64,000 nt of DNA from an uncultured delta proteobacterium (GTDB taxonomy: Bacteria; Desulfobacterota; Desulfobaccia; Desulfobaccales; 0-14-0-80-60-11). This document shows, one piece after another, positions 52,078 through 61,379 of the stretch. Under the pieces are notes generated by a model. It worked only from the letters and a program-made list of their open reading frames with translations. It did no database searches and was not told the origin of the DNA. Position numbers and translations under genes: made by a program. The DNA is taken from the NCBI GenBank assembly GCA_963812015.1, contig CAWETI010000002.1, positions 672,001 through 736,000 on the forward strand. Direction: 5' to 3'. Position 1 is the first letter of the stretch, and each line of letters starts with the position of its first letter.

Positions 52078-53298
52078 TTAAACTCCACGAACCATCGGGA
52101 TAACATTAGTTTCCGCGCCTTTGATTATGCCCTTGAGCTTGCACCCCCAGGCTTCCAGGGCTTGCCTTTTCTCCCGATCGTAACTATGGCGGTCATAAAC
52201 GGCGGTTACGCCCTTCTCCACATGATTCAGAATCTTGCTCACCACCAACCGGGAAATGCCCATGCCGGTCATATGGCTGGCCGCGCTGCGCCGCAGGTCG
52301 TGAGGAACAAAGCTGAACCCCAGGGCCTCCAGGCCGGGGCGCCTCAGGGCATGGTCGATGGCCTCCGGGGTGATGTGCCTGTCAGTCTGGGGTGAGGGAA
52401 AAATCCAAGGCGAGTTGCCGGTGATGTTCTTCGCCGCTTGGAGTAACTCCATCGCCAGGTGAGAGAGGGGTACTCGGTGGGCCATCTTATTCTTGGCCTT
52501 CTCAGGCGGGATCGTCCACCACCTGTCAGTCAAATCAATTTCATCCCAGGCCGCCGATACAATTTCGGCCTTTCTCTGGCCGGTTACCAGTTGCAGCTTG
52601 AGAGCCAGCTTTGTTCCCTTTGACATCATTTTCGCCCCTTCTATGGCATGCCAAAGGGCGCGGATTTCATCCGTAGTCAACACCCGGTCCCGCCGCTGCT
52701 CCGGAGCCGGGGCCCTGACCGCCAGGCAGGGGGAGACGGCTACAATATCCCGGCTCACGGCGAAGTTGAACATCTTACGAATAGTCGCTAAGGTTCGGTT
52801 CGCCATGATGCTGGCGCCCCGGTCAACTATGTCATCAAGCAGCCCGATAACATCCCGCCGGGTGATGTCTTTGGCCTTGCGATGACCCCACGCCGGCAAA
52901 ACGTCCTTTTGCAAGATGCGGGCGTCTTCCCGCCAGGAGCGCTTGCGGGGCTTTGCCCACTTCTCCAAGTATTCCTCGGCCAGGGCAGCCGCGGTGGGGG
53001 CGTCACGTTCTTCCTTACGTTCGTTAATGGCTTTAGCTCCAGGATTAATTCCATGACGAAGCACCTTCCAGGCATCTGCATGGGCTTCATGGGCGTCGGC
53101 CAGGGTCAGCTCCGGATATGTCCCCAAAGTCATCCACCTGACTTTACCATCGAATCGGTATTTGAAGATGAAGGTCTTGACTCCATTTGGCGTCACCCGT
53201 ACTCCCAAACCACGCTCTCCCCACTCTGTGTATCGTTTGTCCTTACCCTTCAGGTTCTTAATTTGAAAGTCGGTTAGTTTCTTTTTCCCATTTTTCAT
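52078..53298 (-). CDS. P4-like tyrosine integrase with arm-binding domain
   Basis: GLGVRV..G.K.F...YR...LG.YP, TGQRKAE, HDLRR, ILNH and VYDR. Confidence 0.95.
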   Translation of the reverse strand: MKNGKKKLTDFQIKNLKGKDKRYTEWGERGLGVRVTPNGVKTFIFKYRFDGKVRWMTLGTYPELTLADAHEAHADAWKVLRHGINPGAKAINERKEERDAPTAAALAEEYLEKWAKPRKRSWREDARILQKDVLPAWGHRKAKDITRRDVIGLLDDIVDRGASIMANRTLATIRKMFNFAVSRDIVAVSPCLAVRAPAPEQRRDRVLTTDEIRALWHAIEGAKMMSKGTKLALKLQLVTGQRKAEIVSAAWDEIDLTDRWWTIPPEKAKNKMAHRVPLSHLAMELLQAAKNITGNSPWIFPSPQTDRHITPEAIDHALRRPGLEALGFSFVPHDLRRSAASHMTGMGISRLVVSKILNHVEKGVTAVYDRHSYDREKRQALEAWGCKLKGIIKGAETNVIPMVRGV

Positions 53299-53316
53299 CT
53301 CAGCACCGCCTTTGGG

Positions 53317-53340
53317 CTGGGCTACCATCTGGGCTACCAT
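53317..53340. repeat. Tandem 12-bp repeat CTGGGCTACCAT x2 (putative integrase arm sites)
   Basis: Exact tandem duplication between the att core and the integrase start. Confidence 0.55.
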
Positions 53341-53479
53341 TTTGAGGGTGGCAATAGGTGAAGCATAAAGGGGTCTCTTGAAACAAGAAATACCAGGATC
53401 AATTAGGATTGTCAATGAATTAAAGAAGTACGAGGAGATATTCTGGAGAGATAAAAATCAAAAAGAAACGTCACTTGTC

Positions 53480-53528
53480 CTGATTCGTAATCAGCAGGCC
53501 CGGGGTTCGACCCCCCGTGCCGGCTCCA
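53480..53528 (+). repeat. att site: 3' part of tRNA-Thr(CGT), not a complete tRNA
   Basis: CTGA-TTCGTAA-TCAG anticodon arm, CGGGG-TTCGACC-CCCCG T arm and CCA end; 5' acceptor strand and D arm are missing. Confidence 0.9.
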
Positions 53529-53612
53529 GTGATATCAACGAGTTAGGCAACTAGGCCTTCCCTCCATTTAGTTCTGTGGGACTCTGTGTAGGACTCTCTG
53601 ATAGGACCTCAT

Positions 53613-53958
53613 CCAATGCCCAGGGCAGCCAGTATACGTTTCACGATTTCCAAGAAGAAAATGCCTTTCTGGGAATCACCAACTCTCCGGCCTTTGTCCG
53701 GGCCCCGGAGGGCAACGGCTGCGCCGAGCGCTTTGTCCGCATCCTCAAAGAAAACCTGCTCTGGATAATGACCTTCCACACCGTGGAGGAATTGCGCCAG
53801 GCCCTCCTGGAGTTTAAGGGCGCGTATAACGAAAACTGGATCATCCGACGCCATGGCTACAAAACCCCGGCCCAGGTGCGCTTGGAACAATCTCAGGCTT
53901 TGCCCCCGGTCGCCTGATTCACCCCCTAACCGTGTCCAAAAAATTGTAGACGGTTACA
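53613..53958 (+). mobile_element. IS remnant (IS3/IS481-like DDE transposase 3' fragment with right end)
   Basis: GSQY, PEGNGCAERF.R.LKE and YN...H...TP; ends TGTCCAAAAAATTGTAGACGGTTACA. Confidence 0.75.
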
Positions 53959-54019
53959 GTTTACCCGTAATTGTCGGGTATGAACTCCACCCCCGGCCTA
54001 CTCTAATATAACTTGTAGA

Positions 54020-55549
54020 TCAGCTTTTGGGGGACAGGTCAGCTGCGCTGGCTTCTTTTTTTCCGAAAATCCAACCTGTCGCAAATGTCAGAAATGTGCC
54101 GATCAACAAAAGCCAGGTCCATCCCAGCGGGAATATATTCTTCTCGGAAAGAATCAAGAGAACCAGCATGGCAAGTGCGGAAAGGGCCATGGCGATGACA
54201 TTGACCCGGTTGCAGCGCCTTTTGGTCAGGAGCCCCAGGAGAAAAACTCCCAGTAAAGAGCCGTAGGTGACCCCACCAATTTTAAAAGCGAGCCAGAGGA
54301 ATTTTTCAAAATGGCTGAAAATGTAGGCGATGAACGCCAAAATAATGCCAAAAAGAACCACACAAACTCTGGAAATTAGCAGATAGTGGCGGTCAGTTCC
54401 CGACTTAAAAATCACCGGACGATAGATGTCCGTGACAAATGAAGTGGTCAGGGAACCTAACGGCGTATCAAAGCTCGCCATCACAAGCGCCGCGAGCATC
54501 AGCCCTCTCATCAAGGGGGGCATCGCCTGTTCGATAAAATGCGGAAAAATTTTGTCCAATTTTGCCGGCAGCGGCATCCCGGGATGTTGAGCATAGAAGG
54601 CATAAAGGCAAGCGCCAACAGAGAGGAAGATGATCATCATCAGAAAACTGCCGATGGGGGTCAGCAGCATGGTTTTCTGGCTTTCTTTTCTCGTTTCCAC
54701 GGTCAGGAGTCGCTGCATGGACTCCTGATCCGTCCCAAAGGCCGCCATCGAGCCAAAAAACCCGTTCAAAGTCGCCAGCACAAAGAGATTGGGATCCGTG
54801 AACAGGCTCTTCAGGACTCCTGTCAGTCCGGATGCCGCCAGCCCCGGTCCCCAGTTGAAGATTTTCAGTTTGCCGGCGTGGCCGGCAATCGCCACCACGG
54901 CCCCGGCGCCGCCGTCAATGCGGGTGAGAAGGAAACCGATGGCGACCGTTCCAGCAGTTATGTAAGTCAGGCCTTGAATCACATTGGTCCAAACTATTGC
55001 CTTGATCCCGCCCCAGGCGACATAGAGAATGCAGATGACCGAAAATAGCACAATTGTCGGCAGGATAGGCCAGCCGATTAAGATGCTCACCGCCAAACAG
55101 GCCACCATCAACCGGACGCCGGAAGCCAGCAGACGCGTAATGAAAAACAGGATCGAGCCGGCGATTTGGGTTTCCGGTCCGAAGCGATATTTTAAAAATT
55201 CATAAATAGAGGTGCAGTTATAGTGGTAAAAGGCCGGGATAAACAGAAAGGCGATGGCGACCCGGGCCAGAAAATCGCCAATAAAAAACTGGGCATATTC
55301 CCAGTTTTCCATATAAGCGATAGCGGGCACCGCAATCAGGGTGAGGGCGCTGATTTCAGCCGCCACAAACGCCAGACCAGCCGCCCACCAGGGGATTTTT
55401 CTCCCGCCCAGGAAAAAGTCATTGGTTGATTTTTCTTCCCTGCCAGTGTAAAAGCCGACAAAAATCACCAAAACGAGACCCACTAACAGGACGGAGTAAT
55501 CCTGCCAGGTCAGACTGCTGCCGCTGGTAAAAAGGGTTGAGCTTTCCAT
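54020..55549 (-). CDS. Sodium:solute symporter family protein
   Basis: DFFLGGR.IPWW, SIYEFL..RF, GGIKAIVWT and DQ..MQR.L; many TM helices. Confidence 0.9.
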   Translation of the reverse strand: MESSTLFTSGSSLTWQDYSVLLVGLVLVIFVGFYTGREEKSTNDFFLGGRKIPWWAAGLAFVAAEISALTLIAVPAIAYMENWEYAQFFIGDFLARVAIAFLFIPAFYHYNCTSIYEFLKYRFGPETQIAGSILFFITRLLASGVRLMVACLAVSILIGWPILPTIVLFSVICILYVAWGGIKAIVWTNVIQGLTYITAGTVAIGFLLTRIDGGAGAVVAIAGHAGKLKIFNWGPGLAASGLTGVLKSLFTDPNLFVLATLNGFFGSMAAFGTDQESMQRLLTVETRKESQKTMLLTPIGSFLMMIIFLSVGACLYAFYAQHPGMPLPAKLDKIFPHFIEQAMPPLMRGLMLAALVMASFDTPLGSLTTSFVTDIYRPVIFKSGTDRHYLLISRVCVVLFGIILAFIAYIFSHFEKFLWLAFKIGGVTYGSLLGVFLLGLLTKRRCNRVNVIAMALSALAMLVLLILSEKNIFPLGWTWLLLIGTFLTFATGWIFGKKEASAADLSPKS

Positions 55550-55604
55550 AAAGCACCAAACTAACGTATCAAAAAAATATTTGCATGGTTAAAATGATCT
55601 CACT

Positions 55605-57188
55605 ATGAAATTAGCAGAATTTGTGGGAGAACGGCTGGTCATCGGCATTCCCGGAACCAAGATCACTCCGGAGATTGTTCGCCATTTTAACGAATTGAAT
55701 GCGGGCGGGCTGATTCTCTACCGGATCAATTTTGACTCTCCGCAGCAGATTAAAAAACTGATTGCCGATCTGGAAGAGGCTCTCGGGAGAAAACTGCTGG
55801 TGACGGTAGACCATGAAGGCGGGCGGGTCATCATGTTCAGGGACGGCAGCACCGTTTTTCCGGACAATCTTGCGGTGGGAACGGCCGGAAAAATCGACTA
55901 TGCTAGGCAGCAGGGCGAGATAGAGGCGAAAGAACTGAGAAGACTGGGGCTGGATGTGAATCTGGCGCCGGTGCTCGATGTTTTGACCGATGCTTACAGC
56001 CCGAATATCGGGATACGGGCTTACGGAAAAGATTGGCGATTGGTTGCGCAGATGGGCGCGGCGCGGATTTCAGGAATGCAAACGGGCGGACTATCAGCCT
56101 GCGCCAAGCATTTTCCCGGCAAGGGTCATGCGCCCGTAGATGCCCATGTTGGACTGCCGGTCATCCAATCCACCTGGAGAGAGATGGAAGAGGTCCATCT
56201 GCAGCCTTTTGTGGAAGCGATTGCAACCGGAGTTGATTTGGTGATGTCTTCTCATCCCTACTATCCCAAACTTGATCCTGATCCTAAAAAAATCGCCACA
56301 TTTTCCAGAAAAATTATTTACGATTACCTGAGACGCGAGCTCAACTTCAAAGGAATCATTGCCAGCGACGATCTGGAAATGGGGGCGATTAAAGCGATCT
56401 GCCCTATCGGCGAAGCGGGGATTCTAGCTGCGCAAGCGGGACATGATCTGCTGCTGGTTTGTCATGACCTCAAGGCCCAGAAAGAGGTTTACTATAAACT
56501 TCTCGAGGCCTATAAAAGCAAACAACTTCCCCTGAAAGAACTGGAGGAGAGCGCGGCACGGATCAAAAGATTGAAATTAAAGAGGGAAGAAAGATTTGAG
56601 GGGGGAGAAGCCTGCGCCGAAAAAGAAGGTTCCATCTTGGCTGAAAGAATCTGCCGTGAATCTGTCCTAGTTCTCCAAGATGAGAGAAAATTAATGCCGC
56701 TGAAGAGCGGCGAAAAAAGAATTGGCGTTATCTTTCCGCAATTTTCATGGTTCGATGCTAAAATCATGGTTGAAAAGGAAGTTTTGCCTGAAAATGAATT
56801 CGTCCGGAATGAGTTTAAGAAATTCGGCATGAATCCCGATATTCAAATTGTCTCAATCGAGCCGGCGGATGCAGAAATTCAGCAGGCGGTAAACCTTGCA
56901 CAAAACTCCGATCTGACCATTTTCTTCTGCTTTGACGCGCATCTCTATCCCTCTAATAAAAAACTTCTGGATTCGATCCAAGATTCCGCCAAAGAGCTGG
57001 TGGTTGACCTGTTGCGCGACCCTTATGACGCGGACTTTATCGAGGCAGACGTGGCCTGCCTCACCGATTTCGGCTGGAGGGCCTGCCAGATCAAGGCTGC
57101 CATTGCAAAACTTTGCTCTTCTCCCTCTCCCTTGCGGGGAGGGCGCCGGCCCCCTGCCATAGAGCCCGGCGCCCCTGATCGTGTTTAG
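55605..57188 (+). CDS. nagZ: Beta-N-acetylhexosaminidase (GH3)
   Basis: DHEGGRV, APVLD, KHFPG.G..VDAH and SDDLEM. Confidence 0.9.
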   Translation: MKLAEFVGERLVIGIPGTKITPEIVRHFNELNAGGLILYRINFDSPQQIKKLIADLEEALGRKLLVTVDHEGGRVIMFRDGSTVFPDNLAVGTAGKIDYARQQGEIEAKELRRLGLDVNLAPVLDVLTDAYSPNIGIRAYGKDWRLVAQMGAARISGMQTGGLSACAKHFPGKGHAPVDAHVGLPVIQSTWREMEEVHLQPFVEAIATGVDLVMSSHPYYPKLDPDPKKIATFSRKIIYDYLRRELNFKGIIASDDLEMGAIKAICPIGEAGILAAQAGHDLLLVCHDLKAQKEVYYKLLEAYKSKQLPLKELEESAARIKRLKLKREERFEGGEACAEKEGSILAERICRESVLVLQDERKLMPLKSGEKRIGVIFPQFSWFDAKIMVEKEVLPENEFVRNEFKKFGMNPDIQIVSIEPADAEIQQAVNLAQNSDLTIFFCFDAHLYPSNKKLLDSIQDSAKELVVDLLRDPYDADFIEADVACLTDFGWRACQIKAAIAKLCSSPSPLRGGRRPPAIEPGAPDRV

Positions 57189-58708
57189 CTGAAGGTTCCC
57201 GGTCCGGTGGCCGCGGCCCGTTCCTCGTGAGACATGGCGGCCAGGCGCTCCACCGCGGCGACCTCGAGACCCAGCCCTGCAGCCACCCGCCGCCCATAGT
57301 CGGCATCAGCCTTAAAAAACAGAGCGGTCTGCCGCATCTGAATGCGTTTGGCGGCGTTCCCCAAGTGATCGACAATATTGCCGATGAGGTGATCCCGATC
57401 CGGGTCGCGCATGACCTTGCGGTAGAGGTCCCCGGGCTGGACGAAATCGTCGTTGGGGAAGGTAAAGGGATGGCGTCCCGCCGGTCCGGTAATCTCAAAG
57501 GGCGGCTCGCCCGCGCCGGGGTCCGGAGCCGGCCCGCCGAAACTATTGGGATAATAATTGGGGCCGCCGCCGCCGCCCGCGTCCACCCGCATAAAGCCGT
57601 CCCGCTGGTAGCTCATCTCCGGGGCGCATTTCGGGGCGTTCACGGGAATCAGATGGTAGTTGGGCCCCAGCCGGTGAATGTGGGTGTCATGATAGGAGAA
57701 CACCCGGGCCTGGAGCATCTTATCCGGAGATACGGCAATGCCCGGCACCACGTTGCCGGGGCAGAAGGCGGCCTGCTCCACCTCGGCGAAATAATTCTCC
57801 GGGTTGCGGTTCAGCACCAGTTTGCCGATTTTGATGGGCGGCACCTCGGCGTGGGGCCAAACCTTGGTGATATCGAAGATGTCCCAGCGGAAGTCCTTGG
57901 CCATCTCCGGGGTCAGGATTTGCATCTCCAGGGTCCAGGAAGGGTAATCGCCCCGGGCGATGGCCGCGTAGAGGTCCCGGGTGGCGTGGTCCGGATCGGC
58001 GCCGCTCAGGCCTCCGGCTTCCTGCCGGGTCAGGTTCTTGATGCCCTGGTCGGTCTTGAAATGGTACTGCACCCAGAAATAGTCGCCCTTGGCGTTATAC
58101 CATTTATAGGTGTGGCTGCTGTAACCGTTCATGTTGCGGTAGGTGGCCGGCGTGCCCCGGTCCGAGAAGAGAATGGTGACCTGGTGGATGGATTCCGGGG
58201 TCAACGACAAAAAGTCCCAGAACATGTCGGCGTCCTTGCAATTGGTGGCCGGATGCCGCTTCTGGGTGTGGATGAAGTCAGCAAACTTGAGGGGGTCCCG
58301 GATGAAGAATACCGGCGTGTTGTTGCCGACAAAATCGTAATTGCCCTCTTCAGTATAAAATTTGACCGCAAATCCCCGGGGGTCCCGGGCGGCGTCGGCC
58401 GAGCCTTTTTCGCCGCCCACCGTAGAAAACCGGGCGAAGACCTCGGTCCGTTTGCCGATGGCGGAGAGGAACTTGGCCCTGGTGTACCGGGTCACGTCCG
58501 CGGTCACTTCAAAGTAGCCGCCAGCGCCGGCGCCCTTGGCGTGCACCACCCGTTCGGGAATGCGCTCCCGGTCAAAGTGGGCCAGCTTCTCCAGGAGATG
58601 GGCGTCCTGCATTAACACCGGACCGCGGGGCCCCGCGGTGAGGCTGTTTTGATCATCGGCCACGGGGATGCCGAAGGCAGTGGTGAGCGTATCTTTTTTC
58701 TCGGTCAT
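57185..58708 (-). CDS. katA: Monofunctional heme catalase
   Basis: FDRERIPERVVHAKG, VGNNTPVFF and R.FSY.DT. Confidence 0.97.
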   Translation of the reverse strand: MTEKKDTLTTAFGIPVADDQNSLTAGPRGPVLMQDAHLLEKLAHFDRERIPERVVHAKGAGAGGYFEVTADVTRYTRAKFLSAIGKRTEVFARFSTVGGEKGSADAARDPRGFAVKFYTEEGNYDFVGNNTPVFFIRDPLKFADFIHTQKRHPATNCKDADMFWDFLSLTPESIHQVTILFSDRGTPATYRNMNGYSSHTYKWYNAKGDYFWVQYHFKTDQGIKNLTRQEAGGLSGADPDHATRDLYAAIARGDYPSWTLEMQILTPEMAKDFRWDIFDITKVWPHAEVPPIKIGKLVLNRNPENYFAEVEQAAFCPGNVVPGIAVSPDKMLQARVFSYHDTHIHRLGPNYHLIPVNAPKCAPEMSYQRDGFMRVDAGGGGGPNYYPNSFGGPAPDPGAGEPPFEITGPAGRHPFTFPNDDFVQPGDLYRKVMRDPDRDHLIGNIVDHLGNAAKRIQMRQTALFFKADADYGRRVAAGLGLEVAAVERLAAMSHEERAAATGPGTFS

Positions 58709-58845
58709 ATTCTTCCTCCTTGCCTGATTGACGCAGGTTTTGGTTGCCACGCCGGGCCTATCGGGGTCCCCCGACAGCTCAAGTTATGGTCAGTGCATAA
58801 CTAGTAATTACGATTCGTTATGGATGCCCAACAAAAATTGCCGAT

Positions 58846-59286
58846 CTACTCTTTTCTTTGGCATTCTGGACAGATGCCGAAGAAATCAAGGCGATGCTCC
58901 ACGATCTTAAAACCCGTTGTCAGGGCCGCTTCCGCCGCAAGTTGGGGCATGTTGCCCAGATCCGGGTCCAGGATCCGTTTGCACCTGATGCAGACGACAT
59001 GGGGATGCGGATAAGGTTTGTTGCCGTCGTAGCGGTTGCTGCCATCCGCAAAGCCCAGTTCCAAGACCTCGTTTAATTGCTTGAGCAGCATGACCGTCTT
59101 GTAAATCGTGGCCAGGCTGGTGGTGGGAAAAATCTCCCGCACCTGCTCATAAATGCACTCCACGCTGGGGTGCCCCTGGCTGGACGCCAAAATCTTAAGG
59201 ATAGCCAGCCTTTGCGGAGTAATCCGGAAATTCCGGGTTTTCAGCTTGGCCAGCATCTGGTCTAAGCGGCTCTGGGGATCAGCCAT
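58846..59286 (-). CDS. Fur family regulator, probably PerR
   Basis: TPQR, HPS, SLATIYK, H.H..CIRC and C-terminal CPEC; directly upstream of catalase. Confidence 0.9.
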   Translation of the reverse strand: MADPQSRLDQMLAKLKTRNFRITPQRLAILKILASSQGHPSVECIYEQVREIFPTTSLATIYKTVMLLKQLNEVLELGFADGSNRYDGNKPYPHPHVVCIRCKRILDPDLGNMPQLAAEAALTTGFKIVEHRLDFFGICPECQRKE

Positions 59287-59360
59287 ATCTTGATAACCGC
59301 CTGGCACCAGGTCTGTCCTTCGGGAGCCTGCGGCCCCCAACTTTTGCTGAGTTGATTTCT

Positions 59361-59383
59361 TTATAGATAATAATTCTTATTAA
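59361..59383. promoter_or_regulatory. Fur/PerR-box-like AT-rich site
   Basis: TTATAGATAATAATTCTTATTAA upstream of the Fur-family gene. Confidence 0.4.
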
Positions 59384-59415
59384 AGAATATGTCAATTTAT
59401 CTGATCCGACCAAGT

Positions 59416-59448
59416 AAAAAGGCCTCCAGCCCTGAGGGGCTGGAGGCC
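59416..59448 (-). terminator. Rho-independent terminator of the fdh operon
   Basis: Perfect 12-bp stem GGCCTCCAGCCC/GGGCTGGAGGCC followed by T5 on the minus strand. Confidence 0.85.
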
Positions 59449-59496
59449 GGAAACGTTCTTATTTTAGCCTAACTATAACGCCTGGCTGCTTTTGGC

Positions 59497-61359
59497 CTAA
59501 CTGCCTTGCTTACACCGGCAGACGCCGGCCCGGCATTTTTTCTGCTGGATATGTTCGTCAATTTCCGCACGGAAATTTTTCAAGGCGCTCATCAAGGGAA
59601 CCCCGGCGGATTGCCCCAGGGGGCAGAAAGAGGCATCTTGTAAGGTGGCCGCCAGCCGTTCCAGGAAGGCCAGGTCCTCAGCCTTGCCCTGGCCCTGGCA
59701 GATCCGGGTGAGGGTCTGGAGCAGGCGGGGCGTCCCTTCCCGGCACGGGGTGCACTGGCCGCAGGATTCGTGCGCGAAGAAGATGGCGACCGAGCGCAGG
59801 AAATCCAGCACGCAGGTGGACTCGTCCATCACCAGCATGGTGCCGGAGCCCAGGGCGCCGCCGGCTTTGGACAGGGAGCCGTAGTCCATGGGCACATCCA
59901 GGGAGGCGGCCGTCACCAGGCCGGCGGAAGCGCCGCCGGTCTGGCACATCTTGAAGCTGCGGCCGGGTAAGAGACCGCCGCCGTAGGCGTCGATCAACTC
60001 CCGCAGGGTCATGCCCACCGGGGCTTCCACGATCTGGGGGGTCTGCACGTGGCCGATGATCTGGTAGATCTTGGTGCCCGAAGTGTCCGGGGTGCCCAGG
60101 CCTTTATACCAGGCCCCGCCCCGATTAATGATGGCCGGGACGCTGGCCAGGGTCTCGACGTTGTTCACCACCGTGGGACGGCCCCAGAGGCCCGAGACCC
60201 CGGGGAAAGGGGGCTTCAGCCGGGGGTAGCCCCGCTTGCCTTCCACGGATTCGATGAGGGCCGTTTCTTCCCCGCAGATATAGCAGCCGAAGCCGGAGCG
60301 CACCTCAATGGTAAAGGAGAAGTCGGTGCCGAAGAGCTTTTCTCCCAAAAAGCCCCGGGCCGTGGCCTGCTGAATGGCGGTTTCCAGACGGTACTTGGAA
60401 AGATAGTATTCTCCCCGGCAGTAGATAAAGCCCTGGCTGGCCCCCACCGCGTAGCCGGCAATGGCCATGCCTTCCAGGACCTTATGAGGATCGCCCTCCA
60501 TCAGGTAGCGGTCTTTGATGGTCCCCGGCTCTCCTTCGTCGGCATTGCAGACGAGGTATTTGGGAGTAACCGCCAGGGGCCGGGTGAACGACCACTTCAG
60601 GCCGGCGGGGAACCCGGCGCCGCCCCGGCCCCGGATTCCCGAGGCCTTCACTTCCTCGACCACGGCTTCCGGGGTCATGGTGGTCACGGCTTTCTTCAGG
60701 GCGCCGTAGCCGCCCCGGTCCAGGTAAGCCTGAATCTCCATGGGATCGATCAGGCCCACATTATCCATAAGCACCGGTTCAGCAGGACTCTGCTTGTACT
60801 TGCGATAATCCCCGGTGGAGTAGGGCAACTGGCGGAAATCCGGCGCTTTGCCGGCCCGGTAATCGGCCAGGACCTGCCGGATTTTCTCCCGGGTCAGGTT
60901 GCCGTGCACCACTTCGTTGATCTGCATGGCCGGGGCCACTTCACAGACCCCCAGGCAGGCCGACAACTCCAGGGTGAATAAGCCGTCCCCGGTGGTTTGG
61001 CCCACCGTAAGGCCCAGTTCCTCCTGCAAGGCCTCGAACATATTCTCGGCGCCGTTCACGTGGCACGGCGGCGACTGGCACATCCTGACGATGTATTTCC
61101 CCTTGGGTTTCCAGGTGAACATGGAATAGAAACTCATGGTGCCGAAGACGTCGCTGCCGGGGACGTTGAGTCCCGCGGCAATGGCCTCTTGCATGGGCAC
61201 CGGCAGGTAACCCATGATCTCCTGGGCTTCCTGGAGGACCGGCATCAGGTTCCCGGGGGTATCCCGGCGGCTGGCGATGACGGCCTCCAGCCGGTCTAAA
61301 ATTTCCGGGGTGATCTTCTCGGTTGGCACAATGGCGCTGGGGCCAAGATTGGTTGTCAT
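59497..61359 (-). CDS. NuoE-NuoF fusion, NADH-binding subunit of formate dehydrogenase
   Basis: C.SPPC and CLGVC (2Fe-2S); GRGGAGF, NADEGEPG, YICGEET and ESCGQCTPCREG. Confidence 0.92.
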   Translation of the reverse strand: MTTNLGPSAIVPTEKITPEILDRLEAVIASRRDTPGNLMPVLQEAQEIMGYLPVPMQEAIAAGLNVPGSDVFGTMSFYSMFTWKPKGKYIVRMCQSPPCHVNGAENMFEALQEELGLTVGQTTGDGLFTLELSACLGVCEVAPAMQINEVVHGNLTREKIRQVLADYRAGKAPDFRQLPYSTGDYRKYKQSPAEPVLMDNVGLIDPMEIQAYLDRGGYGALKKAVTTMTPEAVVEEVKASGIRGRGGAGFPAGLKWSFTRPLAVTPKYLVCNADEGEPGTIKDRYLMEGDPHKVLEGMAIAGYAVGASQGFIYCRGEYYLSKYRLETAIQQATARGFLGEKLFGTDFSFTIEVRSGFGCYICGEETALIESVEGKRGYPRLKPPFPGVSGLWGRPTVVNNVETLASVPAIINRGGAWYKGLGTPDTSGTKIYQIIGHVQTPQIVEAPVGMTLRELIDAYGGGLLPGRSFKMCQTGGASAGLVTAASLDVPMDYGSLSKAGGALGSGTMLVMDESTCVLDFLRSVAIFFAHESCGQCTPCREGTPRLLQTLTRICQGQGKAEDLAFLERLAATLQDASFCPLGQSAGVPLMSALKNFRAEIDEHIQQKKCRAGVCRCKQGS

Positions 61360-61379
61360 GGGAGCCTCCACGTAACGGG

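Larger units (their letters stand above)
1..53528. mobile_element. Integrative genomic island at tRNA-Thr(CGT); left end lies outside the window
   Basis: Partial tRNA 3' end at 53480-53528 beside an integrase. AlpA/primase/polymerase backbone and defence cargo. Housekeeping genes resume to the right. No second att copy seen in the window. Confidence 0.8.

Noticed and set aside
53455..53528. Functional tRNA-Thr
   Set aside because: No 5' acceptor strand or D arm; it is an att duplication.
57123..57176. REP-like palindrome CCCTCTCCC..GGGGAGGG at the nagZ 3' end
   Set aside because: Single imperfect copy; cannot be supported as a repeat family from this window.
57227..58615. 462-aa plus-strand ORF, and similar long ORFs at 60049-63971
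   Set aside because: Antisense shadows of GC-rich katA, nuoEF and fdhA.
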